The translations under genes were made by a program, and so were the position numbers. 64,000 nucleotides of DNA from Octopus vulgaris (Eukaryota). The stretch is taken from assembly GCA_951406725.2 (NCBI GenBank), contig OX597816.1, positions 67,394,001 through 67,458,000 of the forward strand, given 5' to 3'. Position 1 is the first letter of the stretch; every line of letters begins with the position of its first letter. This document shows positions 12,381 through 24,776 of the stretch, in pieces. The notes under the pieces are model-generated. The model did no database searches and was not told the origin of the DNA. It saw only the letters and a program-made list of their open reading frames with translations.

Positions 12381-13338
12381 TTAAACACACGAGGAATCCA
12401 CTTATAGGAATTCTACATGCTAGAAAGAACAGCTAGGTTCTATAACCACAAAAATTAGGGATAAAATTTGACAGGAACAAAATTGAAAAATGAAAAACAT
12501 TTTAGGCAAAATGATTTATTTAAACACATAAGGAATCCTCATAGGAATTCTACACGCTAGAAAGAACAGCTAGGTTCACGTAAAAGACACCCACAAAAAT
12601 TAGGGATAAAATTCGACAGGAACAAAATTGAAAAATGGAAATTATTTTGCCTAAAATGTAGAATTCCTATGAGTGGATTCCTCATGTGTTTAAATATACA
12701 CTATATCGTATGACTAATATATAGTCTTTTTGACTAAATCTTTATACTTTAGACCACTGGAAATGTAAATTTTAATTAATTTCCATTTCCCTTAAAGGTA
12801 TTTTTTAATATGTTGGTCATTGATAACATTTTTTTTCGAAAAAATTTTATTCTATATTAGATATAAATTTAATAGTGTTCACTTCTGGACTCTCCCACTC
12901 TGTGAGTGCCTCAGTTCAAATCGCACATGTCTTGAATGGGCTGGAGTATTTCTATTTTGGATTTATTTGGGGTATTTAGTTGTGCTCATGACTTAGTGTT
13001 TGCTTTTTCCATGGGTATGAGTAAGTATCTCAATTACTTCTTTGCTACACGTATCACTGACGAAGGGAGGGTTCTTTTTGAACTAACCCTGAAATCGGTC
13101 CGATATGGTAATAATGGAATTTTTTAGAGATTTTCTGTCGACCTTTTTTCAAGTAGCGTGCATACTGGGAAAAATTATATGGTAAATGGACAATATGTCC
13201 AATTTTCGGCATATTTGGCATTAGAAATTTTTTCATTAGCCCTTATTTATAAGTTGTTTATAATTTAACTTTTAAAGGTGTTTTTTAATATGCTGGCCAT
13301 TGATAAAATTTTTTAAAAAATTTTATCCTATATTAGAT
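12375..13338 (+). mobile_element. Penelope-like/retrozyme-like composite insert next to a (TA)n tract
   Basis: ~139-bp tandem pair (12375, 12514), inverted copy at 12657-12696, ~70-bp direct repeat 480 bp apart (12791/13271), internal hammerhead. Confidence 0.6.
13051..13106 (+). ncRNA. Type-I hammerhead ribozyme motif
   Basis: gtatca-CTGACGA-aggg.ggttc(ttttt)gaact.ccct-GAAA-tcgg-TC-cgatat. Full conserved core, stems I and II pair, near-palindromic stem III. Confidence 0.75.
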
Positions 13339-13533
13339 TTCACGTAAAAAGCACCCACTACACTCACGGAGTGGTTGGCGTTAGGAAGGGCATCCAGCCG
13401 TAGAAACACTGCCAGATCTGACTGGGCCTGATGAAGCCTTCCAGCTTCACAGATCCCAGTTGAACCATTCAACCCATGCTAGCATGGAGAACGGACGCTA
13501 AATGATGATGATGATGATATATATACACACATG

Positions 13534-13562
<29 letters not shown>

Positions 13563-13568
<6 letters not shown>

Positions 13569-13787
13569 TTCAGAAAGACTCTCTGAGGTAACTATGTAAT
13601 GGTTTTCAGGCGAATCTTGCACACTGATCCATTACTTGCTCCCCAGACAAAAAAGTCTGGCAGTGTTAAATCAGCTGATCTTAGTGGCCAGAAATAATCC
13701 ATTCACTGAAAAACTCTTGAAGTAGCGCCATGGTGATACGCCGAATAAAAAAAAAATTCACTGTGGAGAGACTTTTTGAACACCCTG
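13563..13787 (-). mobile_element. Tc1/mariner deletion derivative
   Basis: Imperfect TIRs gtgttcagaaagactctc / gagagactttttgaacaccctgTA; internal minus-strand WPLRSADLTLPDFFVWG transposase motif. Confidence 0.75.
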
Positions 13788-14582
13788 TATAACATCAATG
13801 CAACACCAAGTGCCTCAATTGGTCGCCCACTACAAGGTTCAACAGAACCTACTGAAACAAGCCAACACGTTCATGCTATTACTTTGAGGAAGCACCCTTA
13901 CGGGCGTCACCTGGCACCTCTGTAAGGTGAGCTGCCAATGATGACAAGAACTTCGCCATTAACGGCCCAGCCCCTTCAAACGTCTCAAATGCCATAGGCT
14001 GGAAGAGAGAGTTCACTGCTAGGTCTCAATACTTCAGGGTTTTGTTTCGTTTGGTTACGGAATCTGTACCGCCTCTATCCCACACCATTTACCACAGATC
14101 CAGGATGTGGGAGAGAACAAAGAAGTCACAGACTGTGGCACCCCAGATGTGGCATCTCTCCAGGGACAGAGGGTAAGACCATCTGGTCTCTTCCCAAGTG
14201 AATTGAGAGTTCAAATTCACTGCAGAAACGTTAGCATGCTGGGCAAAATGCTTTTAATGATTTCGGGGTGGGGGTAGGGAGAGTAGCATTCATGATCTTC
14301 TAAGACTGTTGGTGACAAAAAAAAAAAAGGGTTGGGGGAAGAAGAAACAATGGTACACATTAATCCAGTGATGAACAGCACATGAAGATAAAACTGACTG
14401 AAAATTTGATTTGAATGCTTGCAAAAACATGAAGCCAAAGGCCTGGTGATGGTGTTAAGGACAATGATTTTTTTTTATAGTACATCTTTGCAAAGGTATA
14501 ATTCATTCAGCTTCATGACAGAGCTAAATTACTGTTCTCTGACATTAAGCAAAGAAGTGGTGGATTTTCACTTTCATTTCTT

Positions 14583-15645
14583 TAGCTTGGGCAAAGTTCA
14601 GAGAGCTCTTACCTCTGCTGGTGACAAAGGGCCTCTCGCTCAGAGTAAACAGTAGACTGTATGACGCATGTGTACGAACAGCCATGCTACATGGCAGTGA
14701 AACATGGGCCGTGACTGCTGAGGACATGTGTAAGCTCACAAGGAATGAAGCCAGTATGTTCCAATGTGTAATGTCAGTGTGCATACTCAACAGTGTGTTA
14801 GTACCTTGAGAGAAAAGTTGAACCTAAGATGCATCAGATGTGGTGTGCAAGAGAGATGACTGCGCTGGTATGGACATGTGGCAAGAATGAATGTGAATAG
14901 CTGTATAAAAAGTGCCACACCCTAGCGTTGAGGGAACCTGTGGAAGAAGTAGCCCCACGAAGACCTGGGGTGAAGTGGTGAAGCACGACCTTCGAACATT
15001 AGGTCTCACTGAGGCAATGACTAGTGATCGAGACCTTTGGAAATATGCTGTGCTTGAGAAGACTCGGCAAGCCAAGTGAGACCATAACCTCGTAGCCTAT
15101 GCCAGGGGTATAACCAGCCCACTTATGCATACTTTTCCTTCACTGGAACTAAACTCTGCTTGCGAAGACCTGTTGAGGCAAGTGAAATCAAAATCAAATT
15201 TGATCACTGGCATCCGTGCTAGTGGAGTGCTAAGAGCACCATCCAAGCATGATCGCTGCCAGAGCAGCAAACTGGCTTCCATGCTGGTGGCACGTAAAAG
15301 ACACCATTTGAGTGTGATCTTTACAACGTTGCCTTACTGGCACATGAAAAAACATTAGAGCAAGGTTGTTGCCAATGCGGCTAGACTGGCTCCTGTGCAG
15401 GTGGCATGTAAAAAACACCATTTGAGCGTGGCTGTTGCCAGTACCACCTGACTGGCCCTCGTGCCGGTGGCATGTAAAAGCACCCACTACACTCTCAGAG
15501 TGGTTGGTGTTAGAAAGGGCACCCAGCTGTAGAAACTCTGCTAGATGAGATAGGAGTCTGGTGCAGCCATCTGGTTTGCCAGTCCTCAGTCAAATCGTCC
15601 AACCCATGCTAGCATGGAAAGCGGACGTTAAACGATGATGATGAT
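14583..15645 (+). mobile_element. RTE LINE 3' portion (RT C-terminus and UTR)
   Basis: ORF 14621 TKGLSLRVNSRLYDACVRTAMLHGSETWAVT; (GAT)n tail. Confidence 0.9.
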
Positions 15646-16111
15646 TTCTTATTAATTAAATTTAGATCATGTAATTCTTTATCACTCAAAAAGTGTAAGT
15701 CCACAATTATATACAGATATATGGAATTTGATAATTTCAACACTTTAAAGTTGAAGAATTACAATCTTTGGATTTGTCTATTGAATGAGGTTAACACTGG
15801 AGATGCTAAGCTGCATCGTCTTGAAAAGAAAAAATGGAATAAGTGAAGAATTCTTAGTTGGCAGTCTGCCAGCCAATAAAGCTGAAAATGATAAATAGTC
15901 TTCAGATGAGATATTTGGTATTTCTCTCTCCTTGAAAATCAGCTCTAGACATTATATCAACTGCGTCTAAGTTGAAAATGGATCATGTAAGATTACTTCA
16001 TTGTTCTGATATATTTCTACAGTGAGTGCACTGTCATAGTTTTACAAGGACTTCTGAACTGAATTAACCATTCCACTAGTTCTCATTCCAAAACTTTAAA
16101 ATTAATTTTAA

Positions 16112-16197
<86 letters not shown>

Positions 16198-16280
16198 CAA
16201 GTAGGTATGTGTGTGTGTGAAATTGTAATAATATTTTAATAGTTTTCCATTCTGACAGGAGTTGGGATATTGTACAGTAT

Positions 16281-16744
16281 CGAATCAAATTCGATGACTG
16301 GCACCTATGCCAGTGGAGCGCTAAGAGCATCATGTGAGCGTGATTGTTGCCACTGGCTTCCGTGCCGGTGGCATGTAAAAAGCACTATTTGAACGTGATT
16401 GTTACCAGCATTGCCTTACTTGCACTTGTGCCAGTGGCACGTGAAAAAACATTTGAGTGAGGTTGTTGCCAGTGCCGCTGGACTGGCTCCTGTGCAGGTG
16501 ACATGTAAAAAACACCATTCGAGCATGGCTGTTGCCAGTACCACCTGACTGGCCCTTGTGCTGGTGGCATGTAAAAGCACCCACTACACTCTCGGAGTGG
16601 TTGGAGTTAGGAAGGGCATCCAGCTGTAGAAACTCTGCCAGATCAGATTGGAGCCTGGTGCAGCCATCTGGTTCACCAGTCCTCAGTTAACTCGTCCAAC
16701 CCATGCCAGCATGGAAAGCAGACTTTAAATGATGATGATGATGA
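16281..16744 (+). mobile_element. RTE LINE 3' UTR
   Basis: Tail family match with (GAT)n. Confidence 0.85.
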
Positions 16745-17422
16745 CTACAATTGATATTGGTTTTGTATAAGTTTATCAAGGAGAATGAACATTTTGAAAT
16801 TTGACCTCACCACTTCTGTCTTTCTCTGCCACTGGTATCTTCCATCATCAGTATACATTAGCTATTCACACAAGTTTTGTATTTATCTTCTGATACCTTT
16901 AGTGACCAGGCACTCTCAGCTTGCTTGTACTCCATCTTCCATGAAAATTAACGTTGTATATCTCACAGATCATTCTTATTTCATTTCTCTCCTGCTTTCA
17001 TAGAAGCACCAATTTTTGTGTCTATGTTCCTCTATCATGCAGCACCACACTTTTGTTGCTAATAGCTCTGTGTACTTTGTTCATCCCTTCCTTATTCCAG
17101 CTTCTTTACAAACACCTCAACCACCCCCAACACCCATCAGGTTTCCTTGGTAACAAACTCAACTATATCTACTGAGCCATCTGAGCAGCTCATAAACTTT
17201 GTGCTCCAGCTGCAAATGATTCCTGTGCAACTATCATCTCTGAGGTGATAATTATCTCTCACCCTTCAGTGATCCTGCCACATATTTTCCATACAAGTTC
17301 CTTTCAACTCTTACATGTCCAGCATGATCACATCCAGAATACTGAAATATTGATGTAATGTAAAATCTAGGCTTTTGGACTATCTATCCATATAGGATAC
17401 AAATACACACACATATGTATGC

Positions 17423-17479
<57 letters not shown>

Positions 17480-17804
17480 TGTATAAGGATAAAAACTTCT
17501 TAAGTCTTATCTAAACATTCCCCAGTTTTCTTTAGACTTTTACTGATTCAAATATTTTTCTCATCAAGTATGACGTGACTGAAATTATGTTTGAAGCTAG
17601 TAAAATCAGGTTATGGAAGTATTAGAATTTAAGAAAGAGCTAAAAAGAATACAATGAAATGCATATGATGGACTATATTTTAAAGATGTGTTATTATTAA
17701 TAGTATTCATTAAGAAGAGGTTAATAGTTTAAAAAATTTATGCAATCTGTTAGATAAAATTCTAGTGTAACAATAAGCAATAGATAATAGGGAAGTCAGG
17801 TGTA

Positions 17805-18087
17805 GTTTTGTTTTTGTTCCTTTTCGAGCCATGCCTGGCTCATAAGGGCTGGTTTCCTTGGCGTATAGGTTCCCCACCTGGATGGGACGCTGGTCTGCTA
17901 GATGCAGGAGGAAAGAGTGAGAGAAAGTTGTGCGAAATAGTCAGCAGAAGTTCACCATTACCTTCTGCCGGAGCCGCGTGGAGCTTAGGTATTTTGCTCA
18001 TAAACACACACATCACCCTGTCTGAGATTTGAACCCGCGAACCCTCGACCACGAGTCCGCTGCTCTAACCACTAGGCCATGTGCCTC
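17805..18087 (-). mobile_element. tRNA-derived SINE, distinct family (Meta-core-like)
   Basis: Minus strand tggcctagtggttagagcagcggactc (A box), ggttcaaatct (B box), core ccagcgtcccatccaggtgggg, (CAAAA)-like tail. Confidence 0.8.
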
Positions 18088-18113
18088 TACATGGTGTAGT
18101 GGGTTGGTAAATA

Positions 18114-18366
18114 ATGGTATACAAGCACTGTTTAAACCAGGTGTATCTTGTTGGCTGATCATGGTATACAAGCAATGCATAAGCCTGATACGGCTGGTTA
18201 GCTGACTAATGATGGTATTTAAACCATATGTAGCTGGCTGGCTGGCTACTGATGGATACAAGTAATGAATAAATCAGCTCTGGCTGATTGGCTAAAAATG
18301 GTATACAAGCAACGTATAAGCCAGATATGGCTGGCTGACTAATTATGCCATACAAGCAACGTATAA
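18114..18366. repeat. Degenerate ~47-50 bp minisatellite, about 5 units
   Basis: Recurrent atggtatacaagcaa..tataagcc...ggctg.ctga units. Confidence 0.75.
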
Positions 18367-18583
18367 TGATATTATTAGGGGGGTCAGGACTAGAATTAAA
18401 CTAAGTCAAGAATTTAAAATATCTAGGTGGATATCTATAACAGATTTCGCTATAATTCTATTCTTTCCATCATATCCATTTAGAAAGCATCAGGGTAGAT
18501 GCTTACGGCAATGCCATGGTTCTGACAGAATTTCTTGAAGAGCTAAAGTAGTTTTAAAATTAGAAGAATGACCCAGAGTTAAA

Positions 18584-18804
18584 CCCTTTAGTGTTCGCAT
18601 TATTCTGCCAAAGTTAATGCTTCTTCATCCACATTGTTTTGAACTAATCATGCATTATCTCGTAGCTATGAGATTTTGATGAGGTAGCTGTTAATTTTTA
18701 AAACGATATTGTAGGGTTGGTGTGAGAGACCAGATCTGGCCAGTTTGAACATAAAACAGGCAGAATACTTTTGGCCAGATATGGCCAGTTTAAATGCTAA
18801 AGGG
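18584..18804. mobile_element. piggyBac-type MITE family 1
   Basis: CCCTTTAG...CTAAAGGG ends at a TTAA-like site; appears to interrupt a decayed RTE RT remnant. Related copies at 22274-22487, 32819-33010 and 53678-53861. Confidence 0.8.
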
Positions 18805-19558
18805 TTAAGTCAAAAAACTTGAAGGTGGACATAGTAGCTGCTAAAGTCCTAATTAGCAAAGATTTATTGTTCCAACTGAACATAGCAGAAAGAGGTAGGA
18901 AATAACTTAATACAACAAATATATAAACAATACAAATACATCTCAGTAGAATGACACATTAGAAATCAAAACATTAAGAGCAGTAGACGCATTGAAGAAT
19001 AGTTAACAGTAATTATAAGCAGCTTTTAATCTGAATCCATCTGTTACTGAGATGACTCATTGGAAGTAGTAGACAGGTTATATAGGTGAGATAATTAACA
19101 GTGGAAGTAGATGGATTTAGTAATAGCAGTAATGATGTGAGGAAGTGGAGGTTCAGAGAAATGCCAATTCTGTTAGAGAGTTTCTTCACACAAAAGACAG
19201 ATTACATGAAGTGTTGTGTTTATGATGGTGAGATGATCAATGAATACAGAGGACCATTAATAATGGATAGGCGTGAGATGATTAATACAGAGGCTTGTTA
19301 ACAAAGAAATATATGTGATGCACAACCCTTTTTTTAGAAGGTGGTCCACAAGATTCATGAGGAAATAGTCATAGACTATCAAATATAAATTCACCTGTAA
19401 CTTCATTAAGATAAATGTAAATTTCCTTTTAAATGATTTAAATTTTAGAATGTCTTACATAAAAAAAAAAAATTACTGACTTCCTTAAATCTATGAAACT
19501 CACTGTAGAGCACCAAAACTTTGGTATGGACCACAAGCAGTTCTCTGGGATTATACTG

Positions 19559-19646
19559 TGTATTACTAAAGTAAAAAGGCATTAACTGGACAAATATGCA
19601 ATTGTATTACTAAAGTAAAAAGGCATTAACTGGACAAATATGCAAT
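19559..19646. repeat. Perfect 44-bp tandem duplication
   Basis: tgtattactaaagtaaaaaggcattaactggacaaatatgcaat x2. Confidence 0.9.
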
Positions 19647-19858
19647 AAATTACGGTTCTTATGAAAAAGATTCCACTTAAAGGAGTTGAGAAAACTGAGT
19701 GTTATAATTTTTGGTTTCATGAACATGTAATTCAAATGAAAGATATGCTGGGTAAAAAATAGGTTATGAGTTTATAATATCCGACAAGTGGTAAGTGGCC
19801 ATCACAGATGTATTTTGTAGACCTTTGTAACTGTTGACAGTATTAACAAACATAATAA

Positions 19859-20176
19859 TGGCCCCGTGTCAGTGGCACGTAAAAGCACCATCCGTTCGTG
19901 TCCGTTGCCAGCATCACCTGGCCCCGTGCCGGTGACACGTAAAAGCACCATCCGTTCGTGGCCGTTCGCCAGCTCTGTCTGGCACCTGTGCAGGTGGCAT
20001 GTAAAAAACACCCACTACACTCGCGGAGTGGTTGGCGTTAGGAAGGGCATCCAGCCGTAGAAACACTGCCAGATCTGACTGGGCCTGACGAAGCCTTCCA
20101 GCTTCACAGACCCCAGTTGACCCGTCCAACCCATGCTAGCATGGAAAACGGACGCTAAACGATGATGATGATGATG
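19859..20176 (+). mobile_element. RTE LINE 3' UTR (young subfamily)
   Basis: CpG-retaining tail; same variant as 13340-13518 and 38589-38807. Confidence 0.85.
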
Positions 20177-20526
20177 AATAGTGTTTATAATGATTATCTC
20201 CAGGTCTTGAACAGTTTCTCAAGACAAGTGTATCTCATAGCCTAAATTTTACAGAACATAAAGGAGGAAATTAGTTTTTATCTCCAAAATAGAGAGACAG
20301 ACAGACAGAGAAAGATGTTCTGAGTTTAATTTAATGGTAAAAGAAGTGTAAATGAAAAATAAAATAAAAAAGTCTGAAATTGCTGACTTGTTTACAGAAT
20401 TTTGTAAATAAATGAACAATTAAATCTGAAGACAGAAAGAACCTTTAGACAGAGGTTAGAAACAGATTTTCAATGGGATCTACCATTACCACACACCACC
20501 AACAACTTTTAATATTTAACCCTGAC

Positions 20527-21556
20527 ATTTCGAGCAGCAGGTAGATTAATGGATAGGATAGTGAATAAATTAAATATTATAAAAGAATATTGACAATAAA
20601 TATTTTTATGGCTATTGTTTAGTTTAAACTAAGTTAAAAGTCTGAAGTTTTAACTTATAGTTATCTTAGAGTTTGTACATGTGAACGATCAACAGTGTTA
20701 TGTAATAAGTGTTTGTGAGAGTGCATGGGTATGTATATATGTGTGTGTGTATGTGTTTAAACCGAATAACTAACGTCTTTCCTTATCTGGGTAAAAGTTG
20801 TAGTGGCTGATGTTAGGAAATTATAGATTATAATGTTAAGTTAAACAGGTAAATAGTTTTTCATGCTGCACAGTAAGGTCAGGATGAAGTCCATTGTCAA
20901 AATGGGGGAATCTAGGTGTTGTTTGCCAAACTGAGAAACTATAACAAATTGGCTAGATCTTGGCAAACCTTTATAAGCAGAGATAATTATACCCCCAGTT
21001 TTTTGTGACAGTTTTTTCTGTGAGACAAAGTTGTTCAATTGGATTCTGGAAGCTATGATTGCCTGTTTAGTTTATGCACTTTGTGCTTTGTGTTAGGCAT
21101 TTATGGATTTATTTTATGCTCCAGGAATTTGCCAGAACGTTTGTCAGATTTTAAATAATTTCTGTGTTACATCTGGGTCCAAAGTTCGAAATCCAAGGTT
21201 TAAAAACTGAATTTGTACTAAAATGGAAATCCAGATTTTATGAAATCCAAATTTTTGGAATTCATGTTTTTGAAAAACCAAATTTGTGAGGCCAGGTTTT
21301 GTGTGAGGTCAAAAACCTGGATTCAGAGTTCAAATTTCTGAACTCTCTATATATGTTACCTTTGTAAACATTTTGACTGCACATCTGGTGTGGCATTTGC
21401 TTTTTGTTTGTGTATATATTTGTTTTGTATGTAAGCTGTTTTTATGCTGATTATTGTTAATAATATTTAACAAAAAATTTCATGGTGTGTTGTTTTGGGT
21501 TCACCCTATCCTCAATGATTTTTGTAAATTCGGGTTATAGCCACTAGGTCGTAACA
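20527..21556. mobile_element. Possible solo LTR or LTR fragment
   Basis: TG-rich unique block ending ...ctaggtcgtaACA; ctgac occurs on both flanks; no 5' TG seen. Confidence 0.3.
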
Positions 21557-22273
21557 CTGACAAAAAAAAAACTATATCTCATGAAAAAAAAAGTAAAGAA
21601 CTTAAAAGTAACCATTATTCCAGTGAAAGTATAAACAAGCAAGGGTCACACTGCTAGAGACACAGAGGCAATCATTACTGTGTCATGCTGTCTTTCTTAC
21701 AGTATCAAAAAAACTGGTGACAAAATGATCATCAGTGAAGGATTTATATAAACAAGCGGTCATCTCCTGTCCACTTCACTATGAGTTAGATTTTGCCTTA
21801 TTATCTAGCCAGACTTATGACCCAAAACTTCCCATCTGTGACCATTTAAGATTTTCTTTTATATTTATCAGTGACTATGTTACCCAATATGTACGTTTTG
21901 CCTTTTAAAGGTAGAGTGGAGTCTCCCAATGGAGATTCTACACCCATCCTTGGAAGCCGAGCCTAGTGTCCTGTAACAAGTTGTTAGGAGTTCAGTGAGA
22001 AATTATATAGGTGTGCAAATGCATTTTGAAGTTATTTTTACGTGTAATTATATGTAAGTGACCCTATTGGAAAAATAACTTCTTAGGGAAATTAGATCTA
22101 AACAAGGTCTTGGTTAAGATGGAAATTTCTTAAACCCTTTATTGTGTGATAGATTTAACACTGCCAAATCTTTCAAAGGCAGTTTTATGATTTGTCTATT
22201 CTCTTATTTAAGAAGAAAAAAATAATTTAAAGGGGCTCCTTGAGACATGGGATGTCTTTCCAGGGTTCCTTAA

Positions 22274-22487
22274 TCCTTTAACATTTAAATAAACCATACC
22301 CAGCCCAAATATTCTATTTGTTTTATGTTTGAACTGGCCAGATCTAGCCTCTTACACCTACTTTACAATGTCATTCTAAAACATAACCATCAAAACCTTA
22401 GAGGTGCAAGATATAATGTATGAGTAACTCAAAACAGTTTGAACAAATAAGCATTGTATTTGATAGGGTAATTTGAATTGTAAAGGG
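22274..22487. mobile_element. piggyBac-type MITE family 1, opposite orientation to 18584
   Basis: TTAA on both flanks; tccttta.../...taaaggg ends. Confidence 0.75.
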
Positions 22488-22824
22488 TTAAGAGTAAAAG
22501 GATAGGAAATACTAATACTATTGTAGAGTGTAATATGAGAGTGATTTAACTGCTATTTCAAGCAGTTTGAGTGGCTACATAAGTTCTCTTTGTGGTGCTT
22601 ATGATGGTGTGGCTTCACCTAGTACTTAGTTTAGACATTCAAATGATTCAGTTGAGGTAGACTTGTGTTACCTAAAGGTGATAAAAAGTCTGAAAATATG
22701 TCTAGTTACTTTAAAAGATTTTTTTCCAAGTGGCTATAGGCTTGAAATCATAAGATTTGGTTTAAAAGTTTAACAGTAATTAATTAAAGGAAGATGAAAG
22801 ATAAAGTCAACCACATAAGGATCT

Positions 22825-23220
22825 CATCATCATCATCATTGTTGTTGTTTAACGTCCATTTTCCGTGTTAGCACGGGCTGGATGGTTCGACTGGGGTCTG
22901 GGAAGCCAGGAGGCTGCACCAGGCTCCAGTCTAATCTGGCAGTGTTTCTACAGCTGGATGCCCTTCCTAATGCCAACCACTCCATGAGTTTAGTGGGTGC
23001 TTTTTACGTGCCACCGGCACAGAAGCCAGTGAAGGCGGCGCTGGCATAAGCCACGTTCGGATGGTGCTTTTTATGTGCCACCAGTACAGGTATAACAACT
23101 ACAATTTCCATTTGATATTTATTTCGATGTTGATGTACTTGACTCAATAGGTCTCTTCAAGCACAGCAGGTCATGTGCCAACGGCACCGAAGCCAGTCAA
23201 GGTGGTGCTGGCATTGGCAT
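22825..23220 (-). mobile_element. RTE LINE 3' UTR ~130 bp downstream of the ARL8 exon
   Basis: Reverse complement of the tail family, (CAT)n start. Confidence 0.85.
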
Positions 23221-23346
23221 TCTGAATACAGAATTTAAGTGTATAACTAAATACTGTAAAGACATCAGTTTTTGCACTGAAACCACTATTCAATACCTTC
23301 TTTTAATGAAAAAAAGTAAGAAGAAATTTATGCATTCTATACTTAC

Positions 23347-23501
23347 ACAATGGCATTGACTCCTCGACAGTATCGTTCCCACATACTACGGAATCTTGGC
23401 TGACCACCAATATCCCATAACTTGATTGTCACATTCCCTTTAGTAATCTTTCTCATATTGAAACCAACTGTTGGAATCATATCTTCACTGAACTGACCAG
23501 A
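23347..23501 (-). CDS. ARL8: ARL8 coding exon (switch I/II region): [51 protein letters not shown](V)
   Basis: Translation near-identical to animal ARL8A/B. Acceptor tgtttccAG before 23501, donor GTAAGT after 23347. 155 nt, ends phase 2. Confidence 0.97.
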
Positions 23502-23662
23502 CTGGAAACAAAATAAACAAAAGAAACCATCATATAATATTGAAACATGAAATTGGATGCAACACTGAAACACTTGATTTTTAACATTAAATAATAATTA
23601 TTCTGTTGTATCTCAGATGGGTCTTTATGCCAAAAATACACACACTGGTTCTATTTCACTTC

Positions 23663-23700
<38 letters not shown>

Positions 23701-23709
23701 GTAAATTTG

Positions 23710-23921
23710 TTAACATTTAACTACTTAAGTAACTGATTGTTTGATTAATTGATTGGTCAATTAATCAATCAATCAACTAGGTTTATCAAAATCCTTTCAT
23801 AGCCATTTGTGACCTTGTCAATATGCCCCATCAACTCTACATGAATGGTGATGAATGAACTTTGACAAACCTGATTGACTCAATGATTAATCAAACAATC
23901 AGTTAATTGCTTAAGTGTTAA
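23710..23921. repeat. Imperfect inverted repeat (MITE-like) ~200 bp upstream of the ARL8 exon acceptor
   Basis: taactgattgtttgattaat / attaatcaaacaatcagtta arms with further degenerate extension. Confidence 0.6.
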
Positions 23922-24556
23922 ATTGACTAGTAATGAGATACAACAGAATCTGTTTCAACACATGAATTCATATCAAGAATCTCACAAACCAAATACAAAA
24001 ACAAAATACAACATTGAAATAATACTGATTTGCAACATTATGAAGTGGGGGTAAAGTTGGAGGCACATCAAGGGCACTGTCACTGGAGAGGAGACCAGTA
24101 AGTAGGGCCATTTGATCCAGGCATGCAGTTACCACTACAGCTACATTGGGGCCTTACAGAAGTTTTGTTAAATGGCCTGATGTATCTAGTTGCATGTGTT
24201 CTGTTTTTCTGGAAGTATGCTTTATCTATTTGGTGCTTTTAGTTTCCATTGTGTTTTGTTCTTCATTGCCTGGTACAACATGTATACTAAAATGTCTAGC
24301 TAAGACAGGTAATAATTATGAAGGCATGCCTCAAAAATTGGAGGGCAGTTTGGATACACACCTCAGCATTCTTTGATGAAAAAGCATTAGGGTGAGATTT
24401 GGTTGTTATTTCTAACAGATTGAGCAACCGCACAGAGGTTCCTCTGTTGTATGTGTAAGATAGGTTTACCTGTTTGGTAACCAAAGAATAACTATTATAA
24501 ACATTAGTTCTCTCAACTCACTGCTGAATGTGGTCAGCCTAACATGGTTGGTTTAA

Positions 24557-24776
24557 CCCTTTCATTACTATATTTATTTTGAGATGCTCTGTGTTTCTTT
24601 CAGTTACTTTAAATATAACAAAGAATTTAGAAAAATAACTTAGTTATCATTAAGTTAGTATTAGGAACATAAATTGTGATTAAAGTTTGGTGGAAGATTT
24701 TAATTCAGAACTTATGAAAACAAGACATTTGTACTCAGAGCCAGAGCCAGTTTCAGCCGGGTTGGTAATGAAAGGG
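24557..24776. mobile_element. piggyBac-type MITE family 2
   Basis: TTAA-CCCTTTCATTAC ... GTAATGAAAGGG-TTAA; 12-bp perfect TIR with TTAA TSD. Confidence 0.9.

Noticed and set aside
18015-18087. tRNA-like sequence
   Set aside because: No proper acceptor stem and it continues into a SINE body and tail; it is a SINE head.
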